In this document: in pieces, positions 18,948 to 26,935 of the stretch
How positions within the stretch are numbered: position 1 is the first letter of the stretch
Layout of the letters: every line of letters begins with the position of its first letter
NCBI GenBank assembly: GCA_038040485.1
Contig: JBBPIE010000001.1
Span: forward strand, 152,014 to 216,013
Source: Candidatus Onstottus arcticum
GTDB taxonomy: Bacteria > Acidobacteriota > Blastocatellia > UBA7656
DNA: 64,000 nucleotides
Direction: 5' to 3'
Made by a program: the position numbers and the translations under genes
Notes under the pieces: generated by a model
What the model was told of the DNA's origin: nothing
Seen by the model: only the letters and a program-made list of their open reading frames with translations
The model's database searches: none

Positions 18948-19507
18948 GCCGCCGAGACGTGGAGGCCGGCACCGCTTCTCGCGCGCGCGGCGAAACGGAA
19001 CCGCCGGGCAAACCCGGAGATCGGGAAGCGGAAAAAGTCACTGCTGCCGCGTTGAAACTGCTCGCCGCGCGTCCGCGAACTGAAATGCAACTGCGCGAGC
19101 GACTGATGCAAAAGCCCTGGGCGAATCGAAGGCTGATCGATGATTGCATTCGCCGTTTGAAAGAAATGGGCTATGTTGACGACGGCCGCTTCGCCGAGAG
19201 TTACGCAAGCCATCGGCTGAGCATGAGGCCAATCGGACGAGCCAGGCTTGCGCGCGAGCTTGCACTCAAGAAGGTCGACCGGACAACGATCAATCGCGCG
19301 CTCGACCAGGCGTTTGGCGAAACCGGGGAGGATGGCCTGATTGATCGGGCGATCCAAAAACGCATTCGCACTCACGGCAGCCCTGCGGACCGCCGGGATG
19401 AAAAGCGAATGTTCGACCATCTGGCCCGGCTCGGCTTTGAGTTCGATTTGATAATGCGCAAGCTGGATGCCCTTAGACGACAAGCCACAATGACGAATGA
19501 TCCTTAA
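18911..19507 (+). CDS. recX: Regulatory protein RecX
   Basis: AAALKLLAARPRTEMQLRERLMQK...YVDDGRFAESYA fits the RecX repeats. The listed start overlaps the pilT 3' end by 37 nt, so the true start may be internal. Confidence 0.7.
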   Translation: MAFRRNRTSDKVGRRDVEAGTASRARGETEPPGKPGDREAEKVTAAALKLLAARPRTEMQLRERLMQKPWANRRLIDDCIRRLKEMGYVDDGRFAESYASHRLSMRPIGRARLARELALKKVDRTTINRALDQAFGETGEDGLIDRAIQKRIRTHGSPADRRDEKRMFDHLARLGFEFDLIMRKLDALRRQATMTNDP

Positions 19508-19545
19508 TCGTCCTTCGTCATTCATCACTTCGAAGTGGGATTCGG

Positions 19546-20250
19546 ATGGGGCACGGTCGAGACAGGCGCAACGCCACACGCGTAAGCTACGTTTGCGCGC
19601 TTGAATGTGAAGACGAAGCCGCCGGCTCCGCTTGCGAGACGACACGCATCTCCGACTTAAGCCTATCCGGCGCGTTCGTCGATTCGACGACCTCCTTCGC
19701 GCCGGGCACCTTACTCACTCTCACCTTCCAGGCCGGCAAAACCCAAATCCGTACTGGCGCCGAAGTGCGCTACTCCATTCCGCAAAACGGCATGGGAGTC
19801 CGATTTCTAGGCCTGACGCCCGAGCACTCCGTCGCGATCGAGTGCCTGATCGGAGGAGAACCCCGATCTACTCCCGCCGATGAGTTGCCGCACCGTTCGG
19901 ACGCTCGCCCGGGGCAGCCCGATAAGAAACTGTTCCTCGGGAGCTTTACCGTCATAAGCCTGTTTGATGTGATTCAGATGATCGAGAACTCGCGGCTCAC
20001 CGGAGTTCTGACCGTCTCGCTTACATCGGTAAAGGGCGACGTTCACTTCGATGAAGGCGAGATAATCGGAGCCGCAACCGAAGGCGAGACAGGCTCGGAA
20101 GCTCTGAGCAAACTACTGAATGCGGTCGAAGGCACATTCGAGTTCAGGAAATCCGCCGCCCACCTCGAACGCACCATCCATGCTGCGAGCAACATCGCTC
20201 TCCTGCTAGACCTCCTGCGCGCCACGGACGAGCAGTCCGCTCTTCGCTAA
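19546..20250 (+). CDS. PilZ domain plus DUF4388 domain protein
   Basis: N-terminal PilZ-like RxxxR...DLSLSGAFV. C-terminal FLGSFTVISLFDVIQMIENSRLTGVLTV...GEIIGA matches the DUF4388 pattern. Confidence 0.6.
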   Translation: MGHGRDRRNATRVSYVCALECEDEAAGSACETTRISDLSLSGAFVDSTTSFAPGTLLTLTFQAGKTQIRTGAEVRYSIPQNGMGVRFLGLTPEHSVAIECLIGGEPRSTPADELPHRSDARPGQPDKKLFLGSFTVISLFDVIQMIENSRLTGVLTVSLTSVKGDVHFDEGEIIGAATEGETGSEALSKLLNAVEGTFEFRKSAAHLERTIHAASNIALLLDLLRATDEQSALR

Positions 20251-20382
20251 TACACATAGATCCCTTGGGCGCCCGGCGGCGCTCCGCGACCCTCCCAGGC
20301 TCACAGACTAAAGTCTATGCCACTCTCTCGCCCGCGTTTGCTATAATTCAGTTTTCAAATCTGAACGGAAAAGACGACTGAT

Positions 20383-23115
20383 ATGACTGGACCTGAAATA
20401 AGACAGAAGTTTCTCGACTACTTTGCCGAGCGCGGACACCGCATCGTCAAGAGTTCGCCGCTGTTGCTTCCCAACGACCCGACACTGCTTTTCGCAAACG
20501 CCGGTATGAATCAGTTCAAAGAAACGTTTCTCGGGCTCGAGACTCGTGACTACAAGCGCGCTTGCTCGTCGCAGAAGTGTATTCGCGCGGGTGGAAAGCA
20601 CAACGACCTCGACGAGGTAGGCCGCACCACGCGGCATCACACGTTCTTCGAGATGCTCGGGAATTTTTCCTTCGGCGACTACTTCAAAAAGGAAGCGATC
20701 TATTTCGCATGGGATCTCTTGGTGAATGAGTTCAAGCTCGAACCGGCGCGGATGTGGTTCTCGGTTTTTGAAGGAGATGCAGAGGTCGGCGCCGATGAGG
20801 AAGCGATCAGGTACTGGCAACAAGTAGGCGCGCGGCCCGAGCGCATTCTTCGCTTTGGACGCAAGGACAACTTTTGGCAGATGGGCGAGACCGGGCCTTG
20901 CGGGCCGTGCTCGGAGATTCATTACTACCAGGGCCCGAACCCCGAAGACCCCGAGTTCAACAGGCCCGAGCTGGTCAACGGGCCCGACGATACGACGATG
21001 GAGATCTGGAACCTGGTCTTCATGCAGTTCAATCGATCCAGGATTTCAGACAGCGAGTACAAGCTCGATCCACTGCCTGCTCCTTCCGTTGACACTGGCG
21101 CGGGACTCGAACGCGTCACCGCGGTCATTCAGAAGGTCGGATCGAACTACGACACCGATCTGATTAAACCGATCATCGACTTCATCGCCGGGCTGTCCGG
21201 CAAGCAGTACGTCTACGAATCGCCGGAAGGAATGTCGATGCGGGTGATCGCCGATCATGCTCGCGCGACCGCGTTCTCGATCGCCGACGGCATCGCGCCG
21301 GGCAACGTGGGCAGGAACTACGTTCTGCGAAAGATCATGCGCCGCGCGATCTATCACGGCGCAAAGGAACTTGGGCTAAAGCCTCCGTTCCTTTACCGCG
21401 TGACCGAGTTCGTCATTGAATTGATGGCTGACGCGTATCCCGAGCTTGTCGCGTCGCGGCGTCTGATCGATCAGACGGTGAGAAGCGAGGAGCAACGCTT
21501 CGCGCGGATACTCAACGTCGGTGAACCGCGCCTCGCGGAGTTGTTCGCGCGCTTCGCACCGGCCGCGCCGCCGATGATCGAGCTTGCGCGAACATATGAT
21601 ACGTATGGTGTGCCGCGCGATTTGATCCGCGTCGTTCTGGACCAGCACGGAACAGCGATCAGTGAAGAAGAATTCAACGAGCAGTTCGAGGCGGCGCTTC
21701 GAGAGCTTCAGCAGCAAACAGCTCCCTCCATGGCCGAAGCGGCCGGGGCGCGACGCTCGCGCGAGGTCTACAGCAAAGCGACCGAGTCGCTGCATCGAAC
21801 CGACTTCACCGGCTATCGCGAGACCGACAGCGCCGAAGCGCGCGTCCTCGCAATCATAGTCGGTGACAAGCAAACCAAGGCACTCGAAGCTGGCGAGACC
21901 GGCGAAGTCATCCTGGATCGCACTCCGTTCTACGCCGAAGCCGGCGGTCAGATCGGCGACACCGGTATGTTCGAGGGCGAAGGCTCGCTTACAACGGTCG
22001 AAGACACATACTCTCCAACGGCCGGCTATCACGTGCACAAGACCAAAGTCGAGCGCGGCGTTCTCCGCGTTGGCGATACGGTTTATGCGCGGGTTGACGT
22101 CGAGCGTCGGCGGCGCATCCGCGCCAATCACACCGGGACTCACTTGCTGCATGCCGCGCTGCGCGAGGTACTCGGGCCTCACGTCAAACAAGCCGGCTCG
22201 CTTGTAGCGCCCGACCGCTTGCGATTCGACTTCACTCATTATGCGCCTCTCACTGAAGACGAGATCGCCGACATCGAGCGACTGGTGAACAACGAAGTGC
22301 TGCAGAACCGCGCAGTCGAGACCGAGATACAGCCGCTCGAAGAAGCGCTCAAGTCCGGAGCGATGGCGTTGTTCGGAGAGAAGTACGCTTCGGACGTTCG
22401 AGTCGTGAGCGTGCCGGGATTCTCAACCGAGCTGTGCGGCGGCACTCACGTTCGGGCGACCGGCGACATCGGGCCTTTCAAGATTACAAGCGACCAATCG
22501 ATCGCGGCGGGCGTGAGAAGGCTTGAAGCTCTGACGGCTGATGGTGCAATCGCGCGGCTTCAGACGGATGAACACATCATCAAGCAACTGACCGAGCGCT
22601 TCAAAACAAAGACGGAAGACATTCCGGCGCAGGTCGATAAGCTTGTCGATCAGGTTCGCCGCTACGAGCGCGAGATCAAGGAGTTGAAACTCAAGCTTGC
22701 CCAGGCCGGCAGCAGTGTTGGACTAAAGGGCGAGCTAAAGGGCACGGTGTTGACTCCAGCGGATAGGGCCCGGAAGGTGCTCGACTGTCTCGTGCTAGCA
22801 GAGAGAGTTTCGGATCTCGACCCCGGTAGTATGCGTCAATTTGCCGATGCGCTGGCTCAGAGGCTCAAGTCAGGCGTCGCAATACTGGGCCAGGAAAGCG
22901 ACGGGAAAGCGTCGCTTGTGGTTCGCGTGACCGACGACCTGACGACACGGCTTAATGCGGGTCAAATCGTGCGCGAGATTGCTAAGGTTATCGGCGGCAA
23001 AGGCGGCGGCCGCGCAGACATGGCAACTGGCGGCGGGGCCCAACCGGAGAAGCTGGACGAAGCGCTTGAAGCGAGTTACTCGACGGTAGAACGAATGCTG
23101 GAAGTAGCAGGGTGA
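20383..23115 (+). CDS. alaS: Alanine--tRNA ligase
   Basis: 910 aa with class II AlaRS N-terminal motifs (FLDYFAERGHRIVKSSPLL, FANAGMNQFK). Editing domain HTGTHLLHAALREVLG. C-terminal DHHA1-like GGKGGGRADMATGGG. Confidence 0.95.
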   Translation: MTGPEIRQKFLDYFAERGHRIVKSSPLLLPNDPTLLFANAGMNQFKETFLGLETRDYKRACSSQKCIRAGGKHNDLDEVGRTTRHHTFFEMLGNFSFGDYFKKEAIYFAWDLLVNEFKLEPARMWFSVFEGDAEVGADEEAIRYWQQVGARPERILRFGRKDNFWQMGETGPCGPCSEIHYYQGPNPEDPEFNRPELVNGPDDTTMEIWNLVFMQFNRSRISDSEYKLDPLPAPSVDTGAGLERVTAVIQKVGSNYDTDLIKPIIDFIAGLSGKQYVYESPEGMSMRVIADHARATAFSIADGIAPGNVGRNYVLRKIMRRAIYHGAKELGLKPPFLYRVTEFVIELMADAYPELVASRRLIDQTVRSEEQRFARILNVGEPRLAELFARFAPAAPPMIELARTYDTYGVPRDLIRVVLDQHGTAISEEEFNEQFEAALRELQQQTAPSMAEAAGARRSREVYSKATESLHRTDFTGYRETDSAEARVLAIIVGDKQTKALEAGETGEVILDRTPFYAEAGGQIGDTGMFEGEGSLTTVEDTYSPTAGYHVHKTKVERGVLRVGDTVYARVDVERRRRIRANHTGTHLLHAALREVLGPHVKQAGSLVAPDRLRFDFTHYAPLTEDEIADIERLVNNEVLQNRAVETEIQPLEEALKSGAMALFGEKYASDVRVVSVPGFSTELCGGTHVRATGDIGPFKITSDQSIAAGVRRLEALTADGAIARLQTDEHIIKQLTERFKTKTEDIPAQVDKLVDQVRRYEREIKELKLKLAQAGSSVGLKGELKGTVLTPADRARKVLDCLVLAERVSDLDPGSMRQFADALAQRLKSGVAILGQESDGKASLVVRVTDDLTTRLNAGQIVREIAKVIGGKGGGRADMATGGGAQPEKLDEALEASYSTVERMLEVAG

Positions 23116-23513
23116 GGTTGCCGGACCGCCTGAACGGTTTCACCAAAACGAGCCGTGAGACGCTGAACGTTCGGGTTCATCTACGAGTTTGCGTATCACG
23201 CCTTGCTGATTAGCCGTAGATCCAACCGTGCTCCGTGCGCCTTTCTGGACTTGAAGTCCGTAACCCAGGATCGGATGGTATCCATGATTTGAACCTCCTC
23301 TGACCGTTCCTCGATTTTGTCTGACTGTTGCTCAGTTTTGTTTTGTTTGGCGCGTGATGCGCCCGGTTTGGTCAATCGTACGTTCATCATTGCACTCATT
23401 CCTATTTAGTTTGGTTGTTTCCAACCGTTGGAACCGAGACTCGATAAGACTCGCGCGTTGTGTTTTCGAAATGCCCCTGCGCGAAGTCAATGCGCTGCAA
23501 GTCCCCCCATCCC

Positions 23514-23945
23514 TTAGACTGCTACCTTGCGGTGCGCCACTAAGCGAAACGCGCCGTTGATGGCAAGGTGAAGGAGGATGTACACGACGAGCGCGAATAG
23601 GTACGACATACGAAATTGATGAACCCCGGCCGTGGGCGTTCCGACTATCCGCTCGAAGGGCGCGAGCAGAGGCCGCGTAAGAAAGCCGATAAACTGAACG
23701 AATCCGTTGCCGGCGCGCGCGCCCATCAGGCCTAACAAGAACCCCAGGGCAATCAGCCCGTAGATGAGGTAGAAGACGTAATCCACCACCTGTGAAACTC
23801 GCGCTGCTGTTCTGCCGCGCTCCAGTTCGCGTTCCGTCGCAACCGCTTCGTGCACAGACTTCTGCTTTAGACTCGTGAGCCACTTCGGCCACGTCGGCTG
23901 CTTCAGATGGCTCGACTCGGGCAGATTCCCGCTTGATGCGAGCAT
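23514..23945 (-). CDS. Hypothetical membrane protein
   Basis: Three hydrophobic helices (YVFYLIYGLIALGFLLGLMGA; LFALVVYILLHLAI). A frameshift from an upstream ORF (24061-23940, other frame) may extend the N-terminus. Confidence 0.45.
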   Translation of the reverse strand: MLASSGNLPESSHLKQPTWPKWLTSLKQKSVHEAVATERELERGRTAARVSQVVDYVFYLIYGLIALGFLLGLMGARAGNGFVQFIGFLTRPLLAPFERIVGTPTAGVHQFRMSYLFALVVYILLHLAINGAFRLVAHRKVAV

Positions 23946-25014
23946 TCACATCGTTATCAACCTGAGCCTTGACCTCCTGATGCGAAGCCAGCCGACGCTC
24001 TTCGTCCAGCAACACGTTGTTCTTATCAACACCTTCGCTCATGCGATCTCCTTCGTATCTGCGACTCATCACACGGCAACCAACTACGGCTTCACTGTTC
24101 TTTTTATTGCTTTCCTGGTGCCGCGGCCGACGTGCCGTGCTGCGTGACCGATGCGTTTGCCAAAGCAAAAACCGCGAACCAGGATCCAAGCATGTCAGAA
24201 ATAATTCGTAACGCGCTGCCCGACGCCCGGCATAGCAAACCGGTGCTGTTCCCAAACTCGCGATTCCCGTGGTTCATCCAGCAGTTTTGCAACGCTGCAT
24301 TCAAAGTCTTCGTCTGATGAAACATAAAGCAGCGGCCTAATGCCCTTTGCCGCGCGTGCGAAGAGCATCTCCTCGCAAAGGTCGAGCACATTCGAATCCA
24401 TTATTTCCTGGGCCATCTCATCCCCTTTCGCTTAGCTTCCTTAGACCGGAAGCTCTGGCGATTGTATCGGATTAGGTCATCGTTCCTGCCCGGCCGTACC
24501 GAAAACAGCCAACACAATCGATAAAGCAGCCTCGCAGAAAAGAACGGCAATATCCGTGCCTTCCCCCGACAGCACCGTGCTCAACGATTGAGAGTTACGT
24601 GGTCTCCGATGAATGGAGTGTTTTTGGGGAGAAGGCAATGGCCCCTCTGTGCCTTCTCCCCAGCATTCAAAACTTTCGCGCAAGCGTCTTGGGTGGACGC
24701 CGCGGGAAGGCTCTTGTTCCAGGTTGCGCGAACATCACTCTGGGGGTGATGCTGCCGAAAACTGCATATCTTATACCCTTCAAAGACTCACAGGTCTGTT
24801 CAATATTAGACAATTCCCTAAAAAAACCTGATTCGTTTCGGCGGAGACTCAGGAGCCAATCTGCAATCTCTCTCTTTCGGCGCCTCGATCCTACTGAATA
24901 CAAGCAATTCTTTTCGAAACCCTCCAGTATTGAACGTTGAGCTTTGATTCTTCAGCTTTAACACTTCTAATGATAAGCCTCAGCATCAACCATAAAGAAA
25001 GCTGCCATAAAGGA

Positions 25015-26547
25015 TCACACACTCACTGACTTTAAGTAGGCATTGGGGTCGTGATGCATCGCGCCTTGCGGAAGCCACTCCCAGAGCGGCCCAAGATCTC
25101 TTCGCGCGAGGTCCAGATAGAATTGCGGAAGCTCGCTTGTCTCCTGCTCGAAATAGCTTCGGAACTGCCGGTCCGCGTCCAGCCGCCGGCGCACTTCAGT
25201 GTGGTATTTGATCCTGCCGAACCCTTCAGACGAAACCGCCCGCACAACATTCATCCATCGGGGAATTGTGGACTTGTTCGCTCTTACCCGGTTGAAGATC
25301 GCGCGCTTTGAATAGGTGTATTTCACCAGACCGATCACCTGCTCGTAGAAACCCGGCCAGGAATAGTTCTTCGGCTTCACGTTCATGGCTTGATTGTTGT
25401 TGAGGAACTGGAACGGAAAAGGCAAAACGCGATTGGCGCGCTGGTATTCCAGGTTGAGCGGCGCAGCCTGTCCAAAGGCGGAGAGGAGCGAATAACCCGG
25501 AAACGCTCCGGGCGCAAGATCCACAAATCGCTTCGTCAACTCGAATGGTTCCGATCCTTCCTCCGAGTCGAGTCCCAGCACGAAGTTTGTCTGAATGTAG
25601 GGCATATATCTCAGAATCATGTTGACGTGTTCCGCGACTTGCCTGACCTTGTCCGTACCCTTCAACTTCCCGGTCTTCGATTTGTCGCCGACGTCATACC
25701 ACGACTCGACGCCGGGCAGCAGAGCTTTGAATCCATTTCGCTTGAGCCGTTTCAGATGAGGCTCTGACAGCAGCGACAGGCTGCTTTCGGCGATGAAGTC
25801 GATGCTGTCAGGAGGTGCGGCGTCTTCGATCGCATCCATCACGTTGTTGAACCGGACTCCGAAGTTTGGATCGTGCCAGCCTACAAGCGGCCGCTTGAAC
25901 TTCCCCAACAGAAATCGCAGGTCCTCCTTGATCACGTCGAAGTCCAGCGGTTGATATGGTATGACCGAGTCGATGCAGAAGCTGCAAGTGTAGGGACACC
26001 CCAGGCTTCCGATCATCGGGACCATCTTTATGAATGGCGCTTTTCGAAGAGTCGGTTCGATGAACTTCCAGCGCTCGCGCACACCGGGGAGTTCCTCAGG
26101 CTGCCGACTGGCCGCCAATCGCACTCCGAGCGGCCTGTGTCTGGAGCAGTCCTGCAAGACATCGCAAACCGTCTTCTTGTCGGTGAAGCCCAGAACGTAG
26201 TCGAAATACTTGAGCGCGTCCTCGGGGTAGCAGCGGGCGTGAGGGCCGCCGATGACGGTGACCGCGCCCCTGGAGCGGAACAGATTGCTGAGCGCGTAGG
26301 CCAGTTGCGCGGCTTCGGTGAACGCGCCTATGAAGACGAGGTCTACATTCTCCGGCAACTCTTCGACCAGATTCTCAAACCCCGTGTAGCACACCAGAGT
26401 GACCTCGTGTCCCTGTTGCTCGCACCACACGGCGATGACCTGCGGCATGATGGCGGCGAAGTTGGCGTTCATCACGCGCGCGAACATCGCCCGAGTGGGT
26501 CCTTTGGAGACGAGATCGATGATTCCTATGCGAAGCTTTCGAGTCAT
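25015..26547 (-). CDS. B12-binding domain / radical SAM domain protein (class B radical SAM)
   Basis: N-terminal Rossmann-like B12-binding region (LRIGIIDLVS...VIGGPHA) followed by CPYTCSFC (CxxxCxxC). Start chosen at ATG 26547 (MTRKL). The listed longer ORF extension is probably not coding. Confidence 0.75.
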   Translation of the reverse strand: MTRKLRIGIIDLVSKGPTRAMFARVMNANFAAIMPQVIAVWCEQQGHEVTLVCYTGFENLVEELPENVDLVFIGAFTEAAQLAYALSNLFRSRGAVTVIGGPHARCYPEDALKYFDYVLGFTDKKTVCDVLQDCSRHRPLGVRLAASRQPEELPGVRERWKFIEPTLRKAPFIKMVPMIGSLGCPYTCSFCIDSVIPYQPLDFDVIKEDLRFLLGKFKRPLVGWHDPNFGVRFNNVMDAIEDAAPPDSIDFIAESSLSLLSEPHLKRLKRNGFKALLPGVESWYDVGDKSKTGKLKGTDKVRQVAEHVNMILRYMPYIQTNFVLGLDSEEGSEPFELTKRFVDLAPGAFPGYSLLSAFGQAAPLNLEYQRANRVLPFPFQFLNNNQAMNVKPKNYSWPGFYEQVIGLVKYTYSKRAIFNRVRANKSTIPRWMNVVRAVSSEGFGRIKYHTEVRRRLDADRQFRSYFEQETSELPQFYLDLARRDLGPLWEWLPQGAMHHDPNAYLKSVSV

Positions 26548-26702
26548 AGAAGTATTCCCACAGTGGGGACTTGGTTGTTGACGGCCTGTGCTTGTCTTTT
26601 GAATTTCAAGTACCGGGCAAGCACCTGTTCGTTGAGTGGGGCCAATATATCGGCTGACCTGGGGCCTGTCAATGGTGGCACGCCGGGGGTTGTGTCCTAG
26701 GA

Positions 26703-26782
26703 ACCGCCAAGCCGCAAAGGCCGCCAAGATCATCCATAAGAACTTATCGAACTCTTGGCGTCCTTGGCGGCTTGGCGGTTAG
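26703..26782. repeat. Palindromic simple-repeat element (GCCAAG-type units)
   Basis: CCGCCAAGCCGCAAAGGCCGCCAAG | ATCATCCATAAGAACTTATCGAACT | CTTGGCGTCCTTGGCGGCTTGGCGG. Centre again contains GATCAT. Confidence 0.8.
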
Positions 26783-26883
26783 TCGTTTCGCTGCCGAAAC
26801 AGATCAACACGAATCTAGGACAGTACCAGGCCGGAAGGTGAACAAACCGATTCAGTTCCAGATAGAAAAACGAGGCTCGCAAG

Positions 26884-26918
26884 CTGAAGCTTGCGAGCCT
26901 CGTCGTTTGCGAGAGGAT
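26884..26918 (-). terminator. Rho-independent terminator of the TonB-dependent receptor gene
   Basis: Perfect palindrome CGAGGCTCGCAAGCT-GA-AGCTTGCGAGCCTCG. On the minus strand it is followed by TTTTTCTATCT. Confidence 0.75.
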
Positions 26919-26935
26919 GCGCAATGACTCGCGCT

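Noticed and set aside
18710-19645. 311-aa minus-strand ORF overlapping pilT 3' end and recX
   Set aside because: Antisense to two recognisable genes.
23196-23399. 67-aa ORF in the non-coding region after alaS
   Set aside because: Low-complexity, lower-GC, no ribosome-binding site. The region looks intergenic.
23332-24255. 307-aa minus-strand ORF spanning the 23514-23945 membrane gene
   Set aside because: Mostly Arg-rich low-complexity translation in a frame overlapping the more plausible membrane-protein frame. Only its first about 40 codons (24061-23940) look coding (reported as a possible frameshifted extension).
24420-25014. Cobalamin riboswitch upstream of the B12-binding radical SAM gene
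   Set aside because: The gene starts at 26547, not next to this region, and no B12-box (GCCACTG in the proper orientation) or recognisable riboswitch core was found by eye. Left as an open question under findings.
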